The position numbers were made by a program, and so were the translations under genes. A stretch of DNA of 64,000 nucleotides from Bacteroides sp. (GTDB lineage Bacteria > Bacteroidota > Bacteroidia > Bacteroidales > Bacteroidaceae), in assembly GCA_031555765.1 (NCBI GenBank), contig JAVBUC010000063.1, positions 300 through 64,299 on the forward strand, read 5' to 3'. Shown one piece after another: positions 30,129 to 37,845 of this stretch; position 1 is the first letter of the stretch, and each line of letters opens with the position of its first letter. Under the pieces are notes generated by a model, which ran no database searches, was not told where the DNA came from, and worked only from the letters and a program-made list of their open reading frames with translations.

Positions 30129-31148
30129 ATGTTAGGAAGAAAATTCAATTCATTACAATCATGCTTAGCTCTCCCAGCAGTGGTATTTACGTTGGTATTT
30201 TTTGCAAGTTGCAGCAAGGACGACAGCTACAACGAGCCGCCGGTACAACCACTTAACTACAGCGATTCCTACTACTGGATTCATGCGGATGCAATGCCCA
30301 CCAAGGAGGTTGACGTGTTTTACGTATATCCCACTGTGTACCTTGGCCCCAACATGTTCGCTGATGTAACCGATCCCGAGGTGCGCGACCGTGCCCGCTA
30401 CATGTACGACGGGCAAGCCACAGCTTTTGAAACCGTGGGTAACATGTACGCCCCCTACTACCGTCAAACCAGTATTGCCATCATGGAGAAAACCACGGAG
30501 GAAAAAGCGGCGGCATTTCACCGGGAGCCGCTTACCGATTTGATAGCAGCCTTTGAGTACTTCATCGACCATTATAACAACGGCCGCCCCTTTATACTGG
30601 CGGCGCACTCGCAGGGAAGCAATATTATGATGTACTTTATGAGCGAATATTTCTCGAATGGGAAATACAAGGATGCGTACAACCGCCTGGTGGCTGCTTA
30701 TCTTATAGGCTACAATGTTACCAACGATTATTTACTGGCCAACAAACACCTGAAGTTTGCTACCTCTGCCAACGACACCCAGGTGATTATCTCGTACAAT
30801 ACCGAAGCGCCGGTTATTGACGGCCCCAACCCCTTAATGGCCGATGGTGTGGGCGTGTGCATTAATCCTCTATCGTGGAGTTGCGATAAGGTTACCGCAC
30901 CCGCTTCTCTCAACCTTGGCACCTATTGTGAGGATGGCAAAGGCGGCTATGTGGCTGGTCCCGGTTTCGCTGATGCCCAGATTACCGACCGCGGCACCAT
31001 AGGCTGCTCTACTGTAAATCCCGACGATTACTTTAACCCTGATATGCCCTTTCCCAGAGGTGTGTACCACGGACAGGATTTTCCTTTTTACTACTTCAAC
31101 CTACGGGCAAATGCTCAGGCAAGGGTAGATGCGTACTTTGGCAGATAA
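30129..31148 (+). CDS. DUF3089 family alpha/beta hydrolase lipoprotein
   Basis: Lipobox FASC; VDVFYVYPT, APYYRQ, GRPFILAAHSQG nucleophile elbow, YHGQDF. Confidence 0.85.
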   Translation: MLGRKFNSLQSCLALPAVVFTLVFFASCSKDDSYNEPPVQPLNYSDSYYWIHADAMPTKEVDVFYVYPTVYLGPNMFADVTDPEVRDRARYMYDGQATAFETVGNMYAPYYRQTSIAIMEKTTEEKAAAFHREPLTDLIAAFEYFIDHYNNGRPFILAAHSQGSNIMMYFMSEYFSNGKYKDAYNRLVAAYLIGYNVTNDYLLANKHLKFATSANDTQVIISYNTEAPVIDGPNPLMADGVGVCINPLSWSCDKVTAPASLNLGTYCEDGKGGYVAGPGFADAQITDRGTIGCSTVNPDDYFNPDMPFPRGVYHGQDFPFYYFNLRANAQARVDAYFGR

Positions 31149-31183
31149 CAAGTAGGGCAGGAACTCACAAAATACTAACTAAA

Positions 31184-31414
31184 ATGCAAAAAATGGAAAA
31201 GTTAAAAGAAAGAGCCATTTACGTGGCACCTTCTATCGAGGTGCTTGAGATGGAACATGAAGGAGGCGTGATGAACAGCAGTTTAAAGCCTTTTGAAGAG
31301 GGTGGCAGTGCCACGATGATTAATCCTTATCAGGGGGGAGGAATCAGGTACAACAGCAGCAGTGCTACCGACCTGGAAGAGTTAATCAATGATATTTTAA
31401 CCATTAAAGAGTAA
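31184..31414 (+). CDS. Small protein with YxxP...E.E.EG motif preceding the fimbrillin gene
   Basis: YVAPSIEVLEMEHEGG...SATDLEELINDILTI; 4-bp gap to the next gene. Confidence 0.75.
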   Translation: MQKMEKLKERAIYVAPSIEVLEMEHEGGVMNSSLKPFEEGGSATMINPYQGGGIRYNSSSATDLEELINDILTIKE

Positions 31415-31418
31415 TGCC

Positions 31419-33107
31419 ATGAGAACAATAAAGTACAGATGGACGGGGTTCATAGTTATGGCAGTCTGGGCGTTGGGTAGCATGTCTTGTACCAACGAGG
31501 AGATAATTACAGAAGCTACTAAGAGCAAAGGCGAGCCATGGACGATAACCGCTACACAAGGTGCCGACGCCGGTACAAGGCTGGGATATACCGAAGAATT
31601 CGATGGCAGTGTTACAGTGAAATGGGCAAAAGACGATGCTTTTACGGTTTTTGGCAGCACAAGCGGTAAGGCGGATTTTACATTGAAGGAGGAAGATGCC
31701 GGTCAGTCGTCCGGAACCTTTACCAGCACCGACACTAACCCCTCAGGTGATTACAAAGCTTTCTTCCCCAAAACTACAGCCGCCTCTTATAACGAGTGTG
31801 TGATGGACCTTACCGGGCAAACCCAAACCATTAATGACGACATGGATCACTTGTCCGACTATGATTATATGACGGGGGCCGTTACATTCAATGGTGACGA
31901 ACCCACCGTGAACTTTACCCACGAAATGCTGATGATGAAGTTTGTACTTACCTTCCCGGCAGCCCTTGCCTCTGGCGAGTCTCTTCAAAGACTATCCATC
32001 GGGGCTGAGAAGGCCGATAAAACAACTCCCGCTTTTTATATAAAGAAAGGAATAGAGGACGCCGATCTGGATGTAAAGGCCAACACACAGGAACTGATAC
32101 TTAACGGTGTGCCATTGGATAGCGACCACAAACTAACTGCTTATATGATGATGTATACATTTAACTTGGCTGAAAATGACAAACTTACATTCATGGTACA
32201 GACTAACCAAAGAGTCTATTCTCATACAGCTACTATTACCATTCCGGGAGGTAAGCAATACGCCCCTGGTAAACGTTACACAGCTACCGCCACGCTTGCA
32301 ACATCTCCCATACAGATGAATACAGTGTTTATTCCCGCAGGCACGTTTATTATGGGGGATAACGAGGTACCATCTTCATCTCCTGCGCATTCTGTTACTT
32401 TGACACGGGGGTTCTATATGGGGGAATGTGAAGTGACAAATACGCAATATGCTGACTTTCTAAATGCGGGCACCGTCTCTGGCACAATTAGCCTTACCCA
32501 AGGTGATGAAACTGATGGAATATATGCAAGTGCTAACGTACTTGGCTCATCACAAAAGCTGGTTTTTGATTGCATGACGGGAACGCGCAGTCCGTGGGGA
32601 GTAACCTATAACACAGTCACATCCCAATGGGAAGCCACATCTGGAAAAGGGAATTATCCTGTGGGCTATGTAACCTGGTATGGAGCCAAGGCTTTTGCCA
32701 GTTGGGCGAAGGGAAAGGTACCTACTAGTGCACAATGGGAATATGCTTGCCGGGCAGGAACAACCACTCCATGGGCTACAGCGACTGGCACCAGTACTGA
32801 TTTGGGTACATATGCTTGGTGGATTTCTAATAGTGGGCTTTCAACGCATCCGGTAAAAACGAAAAATCCCAATTTATGGAACTTGTATGACATGATTGGT
32901 AATGCAGAAGAATGGTGTGACGACAAATCTAGAAATTACACCCCTGCAGCAGTGACCGATCCGGTGGGTAATGGGACACCCATCATACTTCGTCAAAGTG
33001 GCTGTTACGCCAACGATGATGCGTGCAGATCGGCCTTTTACATGACTGTACTAGACCCTAACGATGTCTTCCCCCAGTCTGGATTCCGGATAGCCTTTGT
33101 TCCTTGA
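31419..33107 (+). CDS. Fimbrillin (type V pilus)-like lipoprotein with C-terminal FGE-sulfatase (CLec-fold) domain
   Basis: Lipobox SMSC, GTR cleavage-like motif, W...D..; C-terminal IPAGTFIMG, EVTN.QY, VTWYGA, PTSAQWEYACRAG, LYDMIGNAEEWC, GFRIA. Confidence 0.88.
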   Translation: MRTIKYRWTGFIVMAVWALGSMSCTNEEIITEATKSKGEPWTITATQGADAGTRLGYTEEFDGSVTVKWAKDDAFTVFGSTSGKADFTLKEEDAGQSSGTFTSTDTNPSGDYKAFFPKTTAASYNECVMDLTGQTQTINDDMDHLSDYDYMTGAVTFNGDEPTVNFTHEMLMMKFVLTFPAALASGESLQRLSIGAEKADKTTPAFYIKKGIEDADLDVKANTQELILNGVPLDSDHKLTAYMMMYTFNLAENDKLTFMVQTNQRVYSHTATITIPGGKQYAPGKRYTATATLATSPIQMNTVFIPAGTFIMGDNEVPSSSPAHSVTLTRGFYMGECEVTNTQYADFLNAGTVSGTISLTQGDETDGIYASANVLGSSQKLVFDCMTGTRSPWGVTYNTVTSQWEATSGKGNYPVGYVTWYGAKAFASWAKGKVPTSAQWEYACRAGTTTPWATATGTSTDLGTYAWWISNSGLSTHPVKTKNPNLWNLYDMIGNAEEWCDDKSRNYTPAAVTDPVGNGTPIILRQSGCYANDDACRSAFYMTVLDPNDVFPQSGFRIAFVP

Positions 33108-33128
33108 CCAAGGCATATCACAAAAAAA

Positions 33129-33171
33129 TAATAAAAGAGGTCCGTAAAGGTTCTTAACCGGGCTTTTATTT
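33129..33171 (+). terminator. Probable terminator
   Basis: AATAAAAG...CTTTTATT imperfect stem after the adhesin gene. Confidence 0.5.
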
Positions 33172-33250
33172 GCATTAAAATTAGTTGGAGTATAACTGGG
33201 AGCATTCTCGCTATAGAGGAGCGGCAAAGAAAGCTTATCCGGAACTAAGG

Positions 33251-33827
33251 TAATAGGATTGTCAAAATGTAACTTCTGACATTTTGATAATCCTATACCC
33301 TCTACAATCGCTTCGTTCGCATCAAAGTACTCTGTGTCGATAAAGAATCGCCGCATTTGGGGTTTTGCGTTTTCGAGGTGTTTCTTGTATTTGTGCTTTT
33401 GCTGTTAAATTGATGCCTGATTGCTTCATTTGTAGTTCTGTGCTCTGGTAAATTCGGAATATTGTTTCAATATGCTATCGTTGTATTGAATGGGAATTCG
33501 GAAGAAGAATAGTAAATAAAAGTTAAATTCAGAAGGTTTAAAAGGTTCGGGTCGAATGTTTAAAACATCCGGGGGGTATGTTTAAAACATTCGACCCGTA
33601 TGTTTTAAACATTCGAGCTGTATCTTTACTGCCAATTCTCTTTTTGTTAGCGAGTAAAACTGAATATTTAACCAAAAGTCAACCTGTAAGATGGGTCAAA
33701 TGAATCTTTATACGGCATATTTATACGTAAAATCTCGTAGAAAGGTAAAAGCTTCGAAAATATGCGTTAGTAAAGAGGCACGTATTGTGTATTTTAGAAA
33801 TCTGAAATAGGATTTTGTAAGCTAAAT
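33251..33827. repeat. Non-coding scaffold repeat R2
   Basis: Same conserved blocks and spacing as R1; palindrome at 33253-33296; ATGTTTAAAACAT array at 22-bp period. Confidence 0.85.
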
Positions 33828-33865
33828 GTCATCCGGCATGTTTGCTGTTCCGTCCAGGAGATATT

Positions 33866-35134
33866 TTAATCCCGCATACACCCAATGGGAACCACTAAAA
33901 CCCCATCTTCCCGTCGGTAGGCATATTCTCCACCGGTAAGCACCATAAGGAAAGAAGGACTCCCCATTTTATCGCTATTGATTTTATCTGCCAATGTGAT
34001 TAGATTTTTGGCAGCATCCTCTATTTGTTTGTTTCCTAATTTGACTTCTACTGCTCCCCATTTACCATTGCGCAAACGAACAATCATATCACATTCCAGC
34101 CCGCTTTGATCCCGGTAATGAAAGACATCGCCGTCATTGGCATCGGCATAGATGCGCATGTCACGAATGCATAGTGCTTCGAACAAAAAGCCGAACAAGT
34201 TGAAATCGTCCAGGATGCTATCGGGGTTGGCTCGCAGAACAGCAGTAGCAATGGACGGGTCAACGAAGCACCGTTTGGCCGAAGTCCTTATGGCGGTTTT
34301 GGAGCGCAACGACGGTTGCCAGGCAGGCACATCTTCTACCACAAAGATGCGGCGTAGTGCATTGAGATATATCGCCAGCGTCTTATCCGACAGACTTGCG
34401 TCGTTAGCTTCTACATCCGCCAGAATGGTTTGTTGCGTGGTGAGCGTAGCAATGTTACGCGCCAGTGAACGTAGCAGCACACGAACCCTTTCCGGATTCT
34501 TCTCTACTCCATCCACGCGGCTGATATCCATCTGGATGACCGATTCTACATAGTTTCTGGATACTTGTAAGGCAGCCGGGTTCTTCATTCGGATAGAATT
34601 GGGCCAGCCGCCCCGGCAGATAGCGTAGGCTATATCTTTGATTGTGAAGCTGCTTACGCCTTCAATATCCCGGTTCCCGGCAAATAATGAAGCAAGTGAG
34701 AGGGTTCCGTTAGATTCCAGTGATTCGAAGAGTGACATCGGGCGCATGGTTATTCGGGATATTCGCCCGGTCCCGGTATGTTCCGTTTGATTGTCTTGAG
34801 GCACTGCCGATCCGGTCAGGATGTATTGGCCGACATCTCCGCTCCGGTCTACATCATAACGTACAGCATCCCACAATACCGGAACTGTTTGCCACTCATC
34901 AAGCAAACGTGGCTTCTCTCCTTTAAGTAGTAACGACGGCTTTGTATCAGCCATCGCCCGGTATGCGGCAGCGTTGTCGGGATCCTGAAGGTATACAGCA
35001 CTCTTTGAAGCCTGGTGCCCTGTGGTTGTTTTTCCACACCATTTGGCACCTTCCACCAGAACGGCACCCGAAGATTCCAGCAGGGTACGCAGCATTCGGT
35101 CGTTTATGCGAGGTAGGTATTTTTTATCAGCCAT
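33866..35134 (-). CDS. AAA_14 ATPase with DUF4143 C-terminal domain
   Basis: EGAKWCGKTT, LLDEWQ, ILTGS, GGWP, HYRD..GLECD...AVEVK; start placed at MADKKYLPR. Confidence 0.9.
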   Translation of the reverse strand: MADKKYLPRINDRMLRTLLESSGAVLVEGAKWCGKTTTGHQASKSAVYLQDPDNAAAYRAMADTKPSLLLKGEKPRLLDEWQTVPVLWDAVRYDVDRSGDVGQYILTGSAVPQDNQTEHTGTGRISRITMRPMSLFESLESNGTLSLASLFAGNRDIEGVSSFTIKDIAYAICRGGWPNSIRMKNPAALQVSRNYVESVIQMDISRVDGVEKNPERVRVLLRSLARNIATLTTQQTILADVEANDASLSDKTLAIYLNALRRIFVVEDVPAWQPSLRSKTAIRTSAKRCFVDPSIATAVLRANPDSILDDFNLFGFLFEALCIRDMRIYADANDGDVFHYRDQSGLECDMIVRLRNGKWGAVEVKLGNKQIEDAAKNLITLADKINSDKMGSPSFLMVLTGGEYAYRREDGVLVVPIGCMRD

Positions 35135-35188
35135 AGTCTTAACTGTTGTTTGGTGCAAATATAACTGATTTTGTCTGATTTACAACTG

Positions 35189-35245
35189 ATACTCCGTAAA
35201 ATAGTGTGTTTTTACTCCGTATTTTATAGTTGATTTACTCCGTGT
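35189..35245. repeat. 23-bp-period direct repeats (TACTCCGT)
   Basis: ACTCCGT at 35191, 35214 and 35237, upstream of the ATPase promoter. Confidence 0.75.
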
Positions 35246-35276
35246 TTTATTGTAGTGTGCTTCGAAAGACTGTATC

Positions 35277-36332
35277 TCAATAGTTCGTGTTGAAAAAGAA
35301 TGGTTGGATATCTTTCCAGTCGCTCGTCCGGGTGAGGGCAAGCATCAAGAGCACCCGCGCTTTCTGCGGATTCAACTCCCCGGAAGCGATGAAGCCATAA
35401 CGGGTATCGTCCACTTCGGCTTCCAGGGTGGTAGGCCCGGTAGGTATCCGGGCGGAACGTACTACTTGTATTCCCCGTTCGCGTGCCTGAATCAATAACG
35501 GGAATGCCCGTTGGTGGATATTCCCGTTGCCCACGCCTGCGTAGACTATTCCCTGATACTTGTTAGCCAGTAGCGGAGCCAGCATATCGGCTTCCATACC
35601 GGCATACCCGTACACGATGCCTACCCGGGGGAGTTGCTGCAAGCGGTTGACGTCGAAAAAGGTATGCGGCTCGGCAGGGGCAGGGTGGTAGTACGTGGCG
35701 CGATTGTTGAACACATAACCCAGCGGACCAGCGTTAGGCGACTGGAAGGCTTGTACCTGAATGGTATTGGTTTTCGTTACATCGTCCGCGCCGAGGATGA
35801 GGCTGTTCATCACCACCAATACCCCTCTACCAGTCGATTCCGGTGCGGCGGCGGTAACAACGGCGTTGTACAGATTCAGTGGCCCGTCGGCACTCAGGGC
35901 AGTGGAAGCACGCATGGCACCGGTCAACACCACTGGCTTAGGGCTCTGCACGGTGAGGTGCAGGAAGTAAGCTGTCTCCTCCATGGTATCCGTTCCATGG
36001 GTGATGACGACGCCCTGGACATCGGCACGGGCAAGCAACTCATTCACCCGGTGGGAGAGGACGAGCCAGAGTGAGTCCGTCATATCCTGCGAGCTGACCT
36101 TCATCAGTTGCTCACCGGTGACGTGGGCCACGTCTTGCAGTTGCGGTACGCTTTCCAGTACCGTCTCTATGCCGAGCTGGCTGGGAGTGTACCGGCTGCC
36201 GGTGGCCGACTGTCCGCTACCGGCAATGGTACCGCCGGTGGCAAGTAGGTGGATGTGTGGTTTCTCTGCCGCCATAGACAGGGTGGAGAAGCAGAGTACG
36301 ATGAGCAGTAGAAAGATTCTAATGGTATTCAT
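35277..36332 (-). CDS. ansB: L-asparaginase type II (secreted)
   Basis: Signal peptide, ATGGTIAG, HGTDTMEETAYFL, SADGPLNL, LNPQKAR. Confidence 0.95.
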   Translation of the reverse strand: MNTIRIFLLLIVLCFSTLSMAAEKPHIHLLATGGTIAGSGQSATGSRYTPSQLGIETVLESVPQLQDVAHVTGEQLMKVSSQDMTDSLWLVLSHRVNELLARADVQGVVITHGTDTMEETAYFLHLTVQSPKPVVLTGAMRASTALSADGPLNLYNAVVTAAAPESTGRGVLVVMNSLILGADDVTKTNTIQVQAFQSPNAGPLGYVFNNRATYYHPAPAEPHTFFDVNRLQQLPRVGIVYGYAGMEADMLAPLLANKYQGIVYAGVGNGNIHQRAFPLLIQARERGIQVVRSARIPTGPTTLEAEVDDTRYGFIASGELNPQKARVLLMLALTRTSDWKDIQPFFFNTNY

Positions 36333-36344
36333 AGATGTACGTAT

Positions 36345-37655
36345 TTACATGTCATTCATGGACAAGCTTCTGAAATCGATCCGGTATCCGGAGAATTCTT
36401 TTCGGATAGTATCCGCTTTCGTGTGAAGCACGGTCATATCTATCTTCTTAGGGTTGCGTTTCACCTCTGCCACAATGGCTGTTTTGTCCAGTTCATTGAG
36501 GGCTATCAGGTCGATTTCATTCTCTCCTTTGCTATTCCAATAGCTGCCTATACGTGTCACCCTCTCGCTCTCGGCTATCTTCTCGCGAAAATACTTCTCC
36601 AGTATCAGGCCGCTATATTGTTCGTAATGCTTATCGATGTATTCCCGAAGCATATCGTTCTTCCCCATTTCTAGTAGCGATTGGTTGGGATAAACAAAGC
36701 GAAACCAGAAGTGCAGGTAGTTGTCGCTCAGACTCCAGCGCGCTTTCCTGCTTTCGGGTTTGGAGAACATAGGCTTGGTTCGGGTAATAAGCGAATATTC
36801 CTTTTCCAGATTTACTAAGTAAGCACCTGTGTTCTTGCCGATGATGGAATCGATCTCGCTTTGGGTAGTTTTACCCGAAGCTATCAGCTGCAGGATAGAG
36901 AAATAGGTACCGTACTCCTTGCCGAATTCTGAGATAAGAAAGTCTTTTCCCTCACTGATGAAAGGAGAGTCGGGGCGTACAAATAGGTCGAGCATACCGT
37001 CACGGGTTACTGCTCCTGCTTCCATCAGCAGATCAATGTACTTAGGCACTCCGCCGGTAAGCATATACAGACAGAGAAGATCTTCCGGAGTATGTTTAGG
37101 GTGGAAGTCGGTCAGTATCTTTTTGATAACACTTATAGCGAAAGGGCGCAACACCATCTTCGAGGTAAGGCGGCCGAACAAGGGCTCTTTCCGGTCCTCG
37201 AATATCTTCATCATCATGGAGTAGATGGAGCCGCAGACGATAAAATGCAGGTTGATCTTGTTCTTATATTGATCCCAGAGGTTTTGTGCATCGCTGAAAA
37301 TAGATGAATTGATATTGGCGAACTCCTGGAATTCGTCGATGATAAGTGTGTAATGCTCGCGGGTGGCAAAAATGAGTAGTTGCTCAAACAAATCCCTGAA
37401 TCGGGTGATGGTGCCGAATATCTGTATGCCCAAAGCTTCGGTGACGTCTTGCTGGAATTGGGCGCACAACAAAGATTCGCTTTTGCGCGAAACGAATAGA
37501 TACAGGTATCGCTCGTTTTGCACGGACTCAAGCAGGAGAGAGGTCTTGCCGATACGTCGACGCCCTACCATGACGGTAAAGCAGGCGCTCTTTTTGGATT
37601 GTTCCGAGTGTAGCTGAAGTAACTCTAATTCTTTTTCTCGATTGTAGAACTTCAT
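36345..37655 (-). CDS. ATPase (ATPase_2) with DUF234 restriction-endonuclease-like C-terminus
   Basis: FYNREKEL, GRRRIGKT, IIDEFQ, GGVP, EIDLIA...AEVK. Confidence 0.88.
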   Translation of the reverse strand: MKFYNREKELELLQLHSEQSKKSACFTVMVGRRRIGKTSLLLESVQNERYLYLFVSRKSESLLCAQFQQDVTEALGIQIFGTITRFRDLFEQLLIFATREHYTLIIDEFQEFANINSSIFSDAQNLWDQYKNKINLHFIVCGSIYSMMMKIFEDRKEPLFGRLTSKMVLRPFAISVIKKILTDFHPKHTPEDLLCLYMLTGGVPKYIDLLMEAGAVTRDGMLDLFVRPDSPFISEGKDFLISEFGKEYGTYFSILQLIASGKTTQSEIDSIIGKNTGAYLVNLEKEYSLITRTKPMFSKPESRKARWSLSDNYLHFWFRFVYPNQSLLEMGKNDMLREYIDKHYEQYSGLILEKYFREKIAESERVTRIGSYWNSKGENEIDLIALNELDKTAIVAEVKRNPKKIDMTVLHTKADTIRKEFSGYRIDFRSLSMNDM

Positions 37656-37845
37656 ATCGTAGTTATTTTAATGAAGATTATCTTAATGGACATTACAAAA
37701 ATAAACATTATTCGGATAAGTTGCTCAAAACATGGGATTTATTTTCAATCATCTCCTTTTCGGCACGTACTTCTCTTTTCTTATCGGCGTATAAGTGCTC
37801 CTAAATCACTACCTTTGCACCGAAAAATCAAAAAAGACAACGAAA

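Noticed and set aside
27842-33356. Minus-strand ORFs 27842-28039 and 33051-33356 sharing VEGIGLSKC
   Set aside because: The similarity comes from the DNA palindrome; single-base indels between the copies break the frame upstream, so they are probably non-coding.
28094-33672. 22-bp arrays as CRISPR arrays
   Set aside because: The units are contiguous and degenerate, there are no unique 30-40-bp spacers, and no cas genes are present.
32880-33860. Complete DGR at the FGE-domain gene
   Set aside because: No template repeat, reverse transcriptase or Avd gene is seen in the window.
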